Source of the DNA: Myxococcota bacterium
Lineage (GTDB): Bacteria > Myxococcota_A > Polyangia > Nannocystales > Nannocystaceae
Assembly (NCBI GenBank): GCA_039028615.1
Contig: JBCCHT010000003.1
Span: 453,632 to 517,631, forward strand
Length of the DNA stretch: 64,000 bases
Reading direction: 5' to 3'
A program made the translations under genes and the position numbers. Below the pieces are notes generated by a model that searched no databases, had not been told where the DNA came from, and was given only the letters and a program-made list of their open reading frames with translations. Positions 8,930 to 16,877 of this stretch are shown here, one piece after another. Position 1 is the first letter of the stretch; the number at the start of each line of letters is the position of its first letter.

Positions 8930-9394
8930 ATGGCTCGGAAAACGGTCGATCCCACGCTGGCCATACGACGCAAAGCCGGCAGCTACGCTGGCGTGGACGA
9001 AGGCACCGCGTGCACCCAAAGCTCGTTCAAGACCGGCAAGAAGGCCTTCTTGTTCATCGGTGAGCAGGGCGGCCGCTACAAGGCGATGTTCAAGCTCTCC
9101 GACTCCAAGGCCGAAGCGCTGCGCCTGGCCGAGAAGGAGCCCGACCGTTTTCAAGCCGGCTCGAACCCCTGGGTCACCGCCCGCTTCTCCGCCGACGAGC
9201 CCATGCCGAAGGCGCTTTGGACCAAGTGGCTGGAGGAGAGCTACGGCCTGAGCGCGAGCCCGGCGAAGAAGAAGACGGGGGCGAAGAAGAAGACGGGGGC
9301 GAAGAAGAAGACGGCAGCGAAGAAGAAGACGGCTGCGAAGAGGAAGACGGGGGCGAAGAAGAAGACGGCGAAGAAGAAGACGGCGCGCCGATAG
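8930..9394 (+). CDS. MmcQ/YjbR-like DNA-binding protein with histone H1-like Lys-rich tail
   Basis: ATG 8930; SFKTGKKAFLF..MFKL..WVT..WLEESY pattern; about 7 AKKKT(G/A) repeats. Confidence 0.75.
   Translation: MARKTVDPTLAIRRKAGSYAGVDEGTACTQSSFKTGKKAFLFIGEQGGRYKAMFKLSDSKAEALRLAEKEPDRFQAGSNPWVTARFSADEPMPKALWTKWLEESYGLSASPAKKKTGAKKKTGAKKKTAAKKKTAAKRKTGAKKKTAKKKTARR
9263..9388 (+). repeat. Coding 18-bp tandem repeat (AKKKTG/A)
   Basis: GCGAAGAAGAAGACGG(G/C)N repeated about 7 times. Confidence 0.85.
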
Positions 9395-9403
9395 CCCGGG
9401 GCG

Positions 9404-9690
9404 CTAGCGGCCGCGCCAGTAGCCGGGCTGTCGCTTCTGGTGCATCACGGCCAGCACCAGGATGTGGTCGGGCTCGATCGTGTACAGCAACCCGTAGGGA
9501 AAGCGGCGAAACGAGACGCGGCGTATGCCTGGCTCCAGCTCCGGCCAGGCAGTGGGAAGCTCGGAGATCCGCGAGCGTGCGAGCTTGTAGGCCTCAACGA
9601 ACAGAGCGGCCGCCGTGGGCGAGCGCTCGGCGTACCACGAGGTGGCCCGACGGAGTTCGTCGCGGGCCTCCGGGGTCAGGGCGACCGCAT
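9404..9690 (-). CDS. RelE/ParE family type II toxin (start codon ambiguous, possibly frameshifted)
   Basis: LTPEARDEL..RRFPYGLLY..ILVLAVMHQKRQPGYW is a typical ParE-like pattern; nearest ATG (9690) is out of frame by one base. Confidence 0.85.
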
Positions 9691-9692
9691 GC

Positions 9693-9956
9693 TCAGCCGG
9701 TGGCTCGCTCGGAGGGGTTGGACGCCGTCGCCACAATCTCGTCGAGTTCGCGTTCCACCACGCGTGAATCGATCGGCGAGGACTCTCCCGCACGCACGCG
9801 CGAGATCCGTTGCTTGGCCTCCTCGATCCAGGCCGCCTCGATTTGCTCGGTCGGCCCGCGCTCGAGACTGTCGGTCAGCACCGCTGCGACCACCGCTCGC
9901 TCCCGTCGTGGAAGCTCGAGCAGTGCCTTCAGGATGTCGTCGACGTCCTCGGCCAC
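9693..9956 (-). CDS. Putative addiction-module antitoxin (TIGR02574-like)
   Basis: 87 aa, acidic; LLELPRRERA..LTDSL..IEAAWIEEAKQR..GES; directly upstream of the toxin. Confidence 0.88.
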   Translation of the reverse strand: MAEDVDDILKALLELPRRERAVVAAVLTDSLERGPTEQIEAAWIEEAKQRISRVRAGESSPIDSRVVERELDEIVATASNPSERATG

Positions 9957-10120
9957 GGAACGAGCATAGCAGCGTCGTATGGCCGCCGCGAACGTGCGGT
10001 CGAACCGCCGTCGCTCGCCGATCCATGAACTGGATCGAAGTGCCTCAGTCGAAAGACCCCATCATGCAAAAGGCCGAGTCCCTCGTGGGACCCGGCCTTC
10101 GATGATGCTCGTTGCGGCGT

Positions 10121-10921
10121 TCAGCCTTGGGGCCAGCCTTGTCCCGGCGGTTGTCCTGGGGCCGGCGGTTGTCCGGGTTGGGGCTGAGCGAAGCCCTGGG
10201 GTGCCGCGGGTTGGCCGGGGTATCCGGCGGCGGGCTGACCGGGGTAGCCCTGCGGAGCGGCGGGCTGACCGGGGGCGACGTGACCGGCGGGCGCTTGGGG
10301 CTGGGCCGGCTGTTGGCCGGCGAAGGGCTGACCGCCCTGAGGAGGCGAGGCCTGCGGCGGCTTGGCCTTGGGCTCGGGCATCTTCATGCCGCTGAGCTTG
10401 CCCAGGACGCCGAAGCCGAGCACGAAGAGGATCGAGGAGACGAGGGCGGACGAGAGGGCGGCCGCGACCGCGCTCCAGCTGGGCCAGTCGAGGACGGTGG
10501 AGATGAACCCGGCGAGCGCGGGCAGCAGGGAGACGGCACCGACGATGGCGATGACACCCGCGGCGAGTCGCTTGGCCTTGGGGTACTCCTCGGCGTTCGT
10601 GCGGGGGAAGAGCACGAGGGCGCCCCCGACCGCGAAACCACCACCGATGAGGACGGAGGGGAACGAGACTTTGAAGCGGTCCCAGAACTCGTCGAAGGTG
10701 AGCAGCGTGTGCAGCAGGTCCTGCAGGCCGAGCGCGAACATGAAGGTCGCGACGACGGTGAGCACGGCGGCCACCGTCTTGAGGCCCAGCTGGGTATCGT
10801 CGGCGGTGGGGCTGTCCTTGCGGCGCGCGTCGTAGAGCAGCAGCAAGTACACCAACAGGGAGAGGGGCAGCGCAGACCAGGTCGCCAGCGCGCTCGGTGC
10901 CATCGGCAGCGGGAAGGGCAT
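10121..10921 (-). CDS. Multi-pass membrane protein with Pro/Gln/Gly-rich C-terminal tail
   Basis: About 6 hydrophobic segments; PGQPAA/PQG repeats; start uncertain. Confidence 0.75.
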   Translation of the reverse strand: MPFPLPMAPSALATWSALPLSLLVYLLLLYDARRKDSPTADDTQLGLKTVAAVLTVVATFMFALGLQDLLHTLLTFDEFWDRFKVSFPSVLIGGGFAVGGALVLFPRTNAEEYPKAKRLAAGVIAIVGAVSLLPALAGFISTVLDWPSWSAVAAALSSALVSSILFVLGFGVLGKLSGMKMPEPKAKPPQASPPQGGQPFAGQQPAQPQAPAGHVAPGQPAAPQGYPGQPAAGYPGQPAAPQGFAQPQPGQPPAPGQPPGQGWPQG

Positions 10922-11025
10922 CGCCACGAAGGCTATCAGCTCCGCGCGTCGCGTTCGTTCCCACGAAGGGACGCCTGACCCGACCTTCGGGCCGGTGCGG
11001 GCTCGTTGCGGTGGAACGGCGATTG

Positions 11026-11547
11026 CTAGCCTGGCACGGAGACCTGCACCCGAAGACCCGCACGGACCTTCAGTGTCCCCAGCATGGCGGTGAAGGGCAC
11101 GACGCCGAAGTCGGGTTGGTGGAGCTGCAGATCGACGGACCAGCGGCCGTCCTTGCGACGCGCCCACGCGGTGAGGGGCCGCTGCACGCCGTGCATCTCG
11201 AGCGTCCCTTCGACGCGCCGCTCGTCGCCCTCACCCGAGACGGTGCTCGATCGAAACACCACCTCGGGGTAGCGCCGCGTGTGCAGCACCTTGGTGTTGA
11301 TGTTGTTTTCGATCTCCCGCTTGTTGCGAGCCGACAGCGTGCCCGGGTCGGGGCGGCCGTTCTTCATGGCGCAGTCGACTCGTAACGAGGTGGTGTCGAA
11401 GCGGGCGGCGACGGCCTCGGTGTCCTCGTCGATCTCGATGGTGAAGCGTTCGACCGAGAGCCGCAGGTCGTGAGCCACGGCCGAGAGCACACCGTCCTTG
11501 AAGGTGAGCACCGAGCACTTCGCATCGGTAGCGTCGAAGCGAGGCAT
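11026..11547 (-). CDS. YceI family (lipid/polyisoprenoid-binding) protein
   Basis: GVLSAVAHDL, VLHTRRYPEVVFRS, VEGTLEMHGVQR, QPDFGVVPF..GTLKV. Confidence 0.85.
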   Translation of the reverse strand: MPRFDATDAKCSVLTFKDGVLSAVAHDLRLSVERFTIEIDEDTEAVAARFDTTSLRVDCAMKNGRPDPGTLSARNKREIENNINTKVLHTRRYPEVVFRSSTVSGEGDERRVEGTLEMHGVQRPLTAWARRKDGRWSVDLQLHQPDFGVVPFTAMLGTLKVRAGLRVQVSVPG

Positions 11548-11553
11548 GAAGGG

Positions 11554-13167
11554 CTAGCTCGCGAGCGAGGGGCTGTGCTCGGTGGCGTCGGTCTGGGCGT
11601 AGCGGGCGGCACGGAAGCCGACCAGCATGCTCGGCGCGTTCAGAGCCGACACGGGCGTGAAGGGGATGGCGGAGGCATCCGCGATGCGGATGTTCTCGGT
11701 GCCCCGCAGCCGCAGGCGCTCGTCGCAGGCCGACGTCGGGTCGTCGCCCATCGAGCAGGTACCCGCGAAGTGATAGGTGGTGATCGCGTTGTTGGCGACC
11801 CAGCGAGCGATCTGGGCGTCGGAGCGCACCAGGGGCCCGGGCATGAGCTCGCGGCTGCGCCACGCCCTCAACCCACCGCTGCGGCTGAGCCGACGCGCGA
11901 CCTTGATGCCCTCGACCATGGTGGCCATGTCGTCGGGGTGGGAGAAGTACGCGGGATCGATGACCGCCTGGGCTCGTGGATCGTTCGACTGCAGGCCCAG
12001 GCTGCCGCGGCTTCGCGGCTTGCCGAGGATGAGCACGATCCCGTAGAGGTGATCGACGAAGCGACGCAGCGTGCCGGAGCGGAAGGCCAGGCCCACCGCG
12101 TTGCGGACGCCCTGCTTGAGCGGCCCGTCGTAGAGCGAGGGCGGCAAGACCTGCCCCGGGAGCACGCGCTGGACCGCCTGCTTCATGGCCGAGCGCGCGG
12201 GCCAGAACACGTAGCAGGTGTCGCTCTGCCCGGTCGGCAGCGCGGCGGACTCGAGCGTGCGATAAAAGCTGTAAAGCTGCGGGTAGTTGCTGTCGACCGC
12301 TTGCTTCGAGACGAAGAAGAGCGGGACGTTGGGGTGATCGTGCAGGTTCTGGCCGATTGCGTCCTGCTCGATGAGCGTGGGCAAGCCGTGGGCGCGGAGG
12401 GTCTGGCTGGGGCCGACGCCCGAGAGCATGAGCAGCTTGGGGGTCTCGAGCGCCCCGGCACACATCACGACCTCGCGGCGGACTTCGGCCCGGCAGCGCA
12501 CGCCGTCCTGCTCGTACTCCACGGCGACCACGCGGCGCTGTTCGAATACGAGGCGATGCACCAAGGAGCCCGAGCGCACCACGAGGTTGTCGCGCTGCCC
12601 GGCGTCCTTGATGAACGCGACGTAGGAGCTGCGACGGCGGTCGCCCTCGTAGGTCATGGGCTCGTAGCCGACCACGCCACCGAGGTCACCGTCGCTCATG
12701 TCGGTGCTGCGACGAAAGCCACAGGTAGTGGCGGCGGAGATGCAGGCCTCGGTCCAGCGGGTGGCCGGGCGCGAGCGGGGCCGAAGCTTGGCCTCGATGC
12801 GTTCGAAGTCGGGGACCACGTCGTCCCACTGCCACCCGGAGGGCCAGTCGTCGTAGTCGCGGGCGTCGCCGCGGGTGTAGACCATGCCGTTGACCGAGCC
12901 GCTCCCGCCCAGCACGGTGCCCGTCCCCGCGAAGATCCGCTGGCCGCCCGCGTTCTTCTGCGGCGCGGTGAAGCGCTCCCAGATCACCTCGTCGTTGATG
13001 AAGGCGTCCTTGTAGCCATCGGCCGACAGCGTCTCGGGATGCGTCTCGGCACGGGGCCCCGCTTCGAGCAGCAGCACTCGGCAGTTCGGATCGTCGGCGA
13101 GCTGGGCCGCGGCGATGCAGCCCGAAGAGCCGCCGCCGACCACCACGTAGTCGTAGGTCTCGTTCAT
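11554..13167 (-). CDS. GMC family FAD oxidoreductase
   Basis: YDYVVVGGGSSG, LGGSGSVNGMVYTRG, GQNLHDHP, TYHFAGTC, ADASAIP; ATG 13167 overlaps the ALDH stop (ATGA). Confidence 0.93.
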   Translation of the reverse strand: MNETYDYVVVGGGSSGCIAAAQLADDPNCRVLLLEAGPRAETHPETLSADGYKDAFINDEVIWERFTAPQKNAGGQRIFAGTGTVLGGSGSVNGMVYTRGDARDYDDWPSGWQWDDVVPDFERIEAKLRPRSRPATRWTEACISAATTCGFRRSTDMSDGDLGGVVGYEPMTYEGDRRRSSYVAFIKDAGQRDNLVVRSGSLVHRLVFEQRRVVAVEYEQDGVRCRAEVRREVVMCAGALETPKLLMLSGVGPSQTLRAHGLPTLIEQDAIGQNLHDHPNVPLFFVSKQAVDSNYPQLYSFYRTLESAALPTGQSDTCYVFWPARSAMKQAVQRVLPGQVLPPSLYDGPLKQGVRNAVGLAFRSGTLRRFVDHLYGIVLILGKPRSRGSLGLQSNDPRAQAVIDPAYFSHPDDMATMVEGIKVARRLSRSGGLRAWRSRELMPGPLVRSDAQIARWVANNAITTYHFAGTCSMGDDPTSACDERLRLRGTENIRIADASAIPFTPVSALNAPSMLVGFRAARYAQTDATEHSPSLAS

Positions 13168-14762
13168 TTGCGTCCCACCAGGCTTCGTACGAGGTCGCCG
13201 GCTCCGCTCAGCCTGCGGCGCACGCCGGGGCCGTACACCATCTGCAGCGCGCTCTTGATGCGGCTGAAGTCTTCGTTGGCCACGGGGAACACTTTGTTGG
13301 GGAACCCGAAGGGCAGGCGGTCGTCGAGGACGGCCTTGACGTTGCAGCACGCCCGCAGGCCCTCGCGGCCGTTGATGCGCCCGAAGCCGGACTCCTTGAC
13401 GCCGCCGAAGGTCAGGCCCTGGACCATGTAGGTCATGGCCCCGAAGTCGTTGATCGCGGTCATGCCCGCCTGCAGGCGGTCACCGATGGCGCGGGCCCGA
13501 TCGCGGTCGCGGCTGAAGACGGAAGACGACAGGCCGTAGCTGGTGGCGTTGGCCACTTGCACCGCCTCGTGCTCGTCGTTGACCCGGCACAGGAGCATGA
13601 CGGGGCCGAAGGTCTCCTCGTGCATGATCTCCATGTCGGGGGTGACGTCGGCCAGCACGGTGGGGGCGAAGAACTCGCCTTCGTCGGCGAGGGTCCGGGT
13701 GCCGCCTTGCACCACGCGGGCCCCTTGCTCCACCGCCCGCGAGACCAGGCCTTCGACGATCTCGCGCTGCATCGGGGTGACCATGGCCCCGACGTCGACG
13801 CGCTCGGCACCGTGCGGGTTGCCCTGGCGAAGCTCGGCCGTCAGCTGGCCGACCCGGGCCTCGAACTGGTCGTAGATCGAGTCGAAGACGAGGATGCGCT
13901 CCGAGGCCACGCAGTTCTGACCGGCGGAGAAGAAGCAGCTGTTGATCGTCGCGTAGGCGGTCTGCTCGAGGTTGGCGTCGTCGCAGACGATGAGCGGATC
14001 CTTGCCGCCCAGCTCGAGGATGACCGGGGTGATGTTCTTGGCCGCGGCCTCGAGCACGCGCCGCCCGTTGCCCACCGAGCCGATGAAGATCAGCGAGTCC
14101 ACCCCCCCTTCGACCAGCGCCTGGCCGGTCTCACCGTAGCCCTGCACCACCTGCACCAGCTCGGGCGATTGCCCCTCGGCCTCGAGCGCGTCGGCGACGA
14201 TCTGGATGAAGGGGCGGGCCGACCACGCGACCCACTCGGAGGGCTTGACCACGTACCCGTTGCCGGCCATCAGCGCCGGGATGAGCGGGTTCATGACGTT
14301 CTGAAAGGGGTAGTTCCACGGGGTGATGGCCCCGATGACCCCGAGCGGCCGGTACTCGAGTCGCGCTTTCTTGTGCTTGAGCAGACCCGACGAGACGGGC
14401 TCCGGTCGCAGGTGGCGGGGCCCCTGCGAGGCGGTCCAGCGCAGCTTCTCGAGCACCATCCAGACCTCGCCCATCAGGGCGTTCTCGCGGGTCTTGCCCG
14501 AGTCGCGCACGACCAGGTCGACCAGCTCGTCCATGCGATCGACGATGCTGGTGATGATCCGTCGGAACACGCGACGGCGCAGGGCGAAGTCGGTCTCGGC
14601 CCAGCCGATCTGCGCCTCGCGGGCGCGGGCGATGGCGCGACGCACGTCGTCGGGGCTGTCGATGGGCACGGCGCCCAGCGGCTCGCGGGTGGCCGGATCG
14701 AAGCAGCGAATGAGCCCCGGCTCGGCGCGGAGGTTCAGCACGGGAGGATTGGGGGCGTTCAT
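13164..14762 (-). CDS. Aldehyde dehydrogenase (ALDH15/ALDH22, MSC7-like branch)
   Basis: ITPWNYP, KPSE, FIGS, LELGGKDP, AGQNC, EETFGP, FGGVKESGFGR..EGLRACC; ATG 14762 overlaps the Rieske stop. Confidence 0.93.
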   Translation of the reverse strand: MNAPNPPVLNLRAEPGLIRCFDPATREPLGAVPIDSPDDVRRAIARAREAQIGWAETDFALRRRVFRRIITSIVDRMDELVDLVVRDSGKTRENALMGEVWMVLEKLRWTASQGPRHLRPEPVSSGLLKHKKARLEYRPLGVIGAITPWNYPFQNVMNPLIPALMAGNGYVVKPSEWVAWSARPFIQIVADALEAEGQSPELVQVVQGYGETGQALVEGGVDSLIFIGSVGNGRRVLEAAAKNITPVILELGGKDPLIVCDDANLEQTAYATINSCFFSAGQNCVASERILVFDSIYDQFEARVGQLTAELRQGNPHGAERVDVGAMVTPMQREIVEGLVSRAVEQGARVVQGGTRTLADEGEFFAPTVLADVTPDMEIMHEETFGPVMLLCRVNDEHEAVQVANATSYGLSSSVFSRDRDRARAIGDRLQAGMTAINDFGAMTYMVQGLTFGGVKESGFGRINGREGLRACCNVKAVLDDRLPFGFPNKVFPVANEDFSRIKSALQMVYGPGVRRRLSGAGDLVRSLVGRK

Positions 14763-15901
14763 CGGCTCAGGTTCTCCTGGGGCACGAGCGGCGCCTTGCG
14801 GCGCTTGCTGGTCTTGCCCGTGCGCTCGAGGTACTCGCTCCACTTGCGGATCGACAGGTCTTGGAAGGCCTTGACCACGGGGGACAGCTCGGGCCCGGGC
14901 TTGTCCCAGTGGCGTTCCCAGCCCTGCTGCTCGTGCCCGATGACCCAGACGTCTTGGCTGAGCAGGGGCTTGAGCGTCGTCAGGCGGGTCATCTTCATCA
15001 TCTTGTCTGCGATGAAGCGCGGAACGGGGCCGAGGCCGGGCAGGCGAATCGTGCCCGGCCGCAGGTAGAAGATGAAGATGTGCCGATTCGACGACTCGTC
15101 CATCGGCAGCGTGAACAAGAAGTGCTTGATGCGGTCGTCGGTATTCGACCAGTGGTAGGGGTAGTCGTAGCAGGCGAGCATGTGGTCGCAGCCGCTGTCG
15201 CCCCGCTCGACGAACATGTCTTGCAGGCGCCCGGCCGCGATCTTCGAGTCGTACTCGAGCTCGACCCGATCGCCGATCTCTTCGATGCGCCGCAGGTCGG
15301 TGCCCTCGAAGGGCTGGAACTTGCGGTGCAGGAACCCGTGGGTGAAGTCCGAGACGTTCTCCAGCAGCATCGAGTGGTGGCCGGGGCAATCGAACTGGAC
15401 GATCGCGTGCGGCCACGGGCGCGGGCCCTCGAGCTCGGGGATGGAGGGGATGTCGCGGGTCTTGGCGACCTCGGGATCGCCGGGAAAGATGAAGACCAGG
15501 CCGTAGCGCTCGCGGACGGGGACCGACGCGATGCGAACGTTGGGCTCCTTGCGGCCGAACAGGTCGTGGTCGATCTTGCCGCGCCCCTGCCCGTCGTAGG
15601 ACCAGCCGTGATAGGGGCAGACCAGGCGGCAGCCGACGACCTCGCCCTCGGTCAGCCGCACGTGACGGTGGGCGCAGCGGTTCTCGACCGCGTTGAGCCG
15701 CCCGTCTTCTCCCCGGAACACGGCGATCGATCGGCCGAGGAATTTCGTCTCGAAGTGCTGGCCCTTGCCCACGTTCTTCGACTGCTCGACCGCGTACCAG
15801 TAGTCGGGATCGAGCCCCGCCGCGCGTGCCTTCTGACGGCGGGTGCGGGCCTCCTCGAACGTGGGGGGCGGGCCAGGGGCGTGGCCGGAGAGGTCGGTCA
15901 T
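14759..15901 (-). CDS. Rieske non-heme iron oxygenase (SdmA-like candidate)
   Basis: Rieske CAH..CPYHGW; mononuclear iron site ENVSDFTHGFLH..SQD; ATG 15901. Confidence 0.92.
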   Translation of the reverse strand: MTDLSGHAPGPPPTFEEARTRRQKARAAGLDPDYWYAVEQSKNVGKGQHFETKFLGRSIAVFRGEDGRLNAVENRCAHRHVRLTEGEVVGCRLVCPYHGWSYDGQGRGKIDHDLFGRKEPNVRIASVPVRERYGLVFIFPGDPEVAKTRDIPSIPELEGPRPWPHAIVQFDCPGHHSMLLENVSDFTHGFLHRKFQPFEGTDLRRIEEIGDRVELEYDSKIAAGRLQDMFVERGDSGCDHMLACYDYPYHWSNTDDRIKHFLFTLPMDESSNRHIFIFYLRPGTIRLPGLGPVPRFIADKMMKMTRLTTLKPLLSQDVWVIGHEQQGWERHWDKPGPELSPVVKAFQDLSIRKWSEYLERTGKTSKRRKAPLVPQENLSR

Positions 15902-15942
15902 GGCGAGGGCTCCATGCAGAGGACGCGCGGTCCGCGGATTGA

Positions 15943-15964
15943 AAACAGAATTGAGATTCTGTTT
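15943..15964. promoter_or_regulatory. Putative TetR operator
   Basis: Perfect inverted repeat AAACAGAAT-TGAG-ATTCTGTTT in the 92-bp divergent gap between the Rieske gene and tetR. Confidence 0.8.
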
Positions 15965-15993
15965 GGCTAAGCTACTATTCTGCCCCACAGGCC

Positions 15994-16668
15994 ATGTCAA
16001 GCGACGCTGCGCACCATGCCGACAATCCCCGCGAGCGCCTCAAGCAGGCCCGGCGGGCGCTCTATCGCGAGGCGATCATCGATGCGTCGGAGCGGATCTT
16101 TGCCGAGCACGGCTACGACGCGGCCAAGGTGCAGGCCATCGCGAAGGCGGCCGGGGTCTCGCTCGCAACCTTCTATGCCGTGTTCCCCAAGAAGTGGGAT
16201 GCGTTCCGAGCGGTGCAGGCCGATCGTCTCGCATCGTTGATGCAGCGCGTCGGCACCGAGGTGCTCGCGGCCGACGATGCCTTCGGTCGACTGCGGGCCG
16301 GGCTCGAGGGCTACCTGCGCTTCCACATGGAGCACCCCGAGTTCTTGCGCATGCAGCTGCGCGAGCGGGTGCCCTGGGGCACGACCGACGAGCTGCGCAC
16401 GCCCGAGCAAACGCGGGCGTGGGAGGCCGGCCTACAGATGCTCATCGCCGCGTTGAAGGAAGGCATGGCCGAGGGTTCCTTTCGCGAGGACGACCCCGAG
16501 CTGTGTGCTCGAACCGCGACTGCGATGAGCCAGGTTCGACTCGCGCTGTGGGAAGGGCGAGGGATGAACGAGTCGCCCGACGCGGTCGCTCGCGAAGCCA
16601 TGCTCCAGCTGGTGCGGACCTTCGCGGCCGCGGACCGAGTGCACGGGTTGTCGCAGCGCATCGGCTGA
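15994..16668 (+). CDS. TetR/AcrR family transcriptional regulator
   Basis: IIDASERIFAEHGYDAAKVQAIAKAAGVSLATFYAVFPKK HTH. Confidence 0.93.
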   Translation: MSSDAAHHADNPRERLKQARRALYREAIIDASERIFAEHGYDAAKVQAIAKAAGVSLATFYAVFPKKWDAFRAVQADRLASLMQRVGTEVLAADDAFGRLRAGLEGYLRFHMEHPEFLRMQLRERVPWGTTDELRTPEQTRAWEAGLQMLIAALKEGMAEGSFREDDPELCARTATAMSQVRLALWEGRGMNESPDAVAREAMLQLVRTFAAADRVHGLSQRIG

Positions 16669-16877
16669 CGCTCGTCGCCCGCTTCACCGACCATCGCCGT
16701 CGTCCTTGGACACCCGCGGGGCCCGCCGTGCGCCCGGTGGTAATGCCGATTTAATAGGCGACGTTGCGCTTTGTACCGGAATGTCGGGGGTATCCCGGTG
16801 TCGGACTGTGTAGGAAGACGACGCACTCCGCGAGGCGCTCGGGCGTCACGCCGAGACGGCGACGAAGGGGGACGACG

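Noticed and set aside
9404..9956. Toxin-antitoxin pair as a marker of a mobile element or prophage
   Set aside because: No integrase, transposase, att site or phage gene nearby
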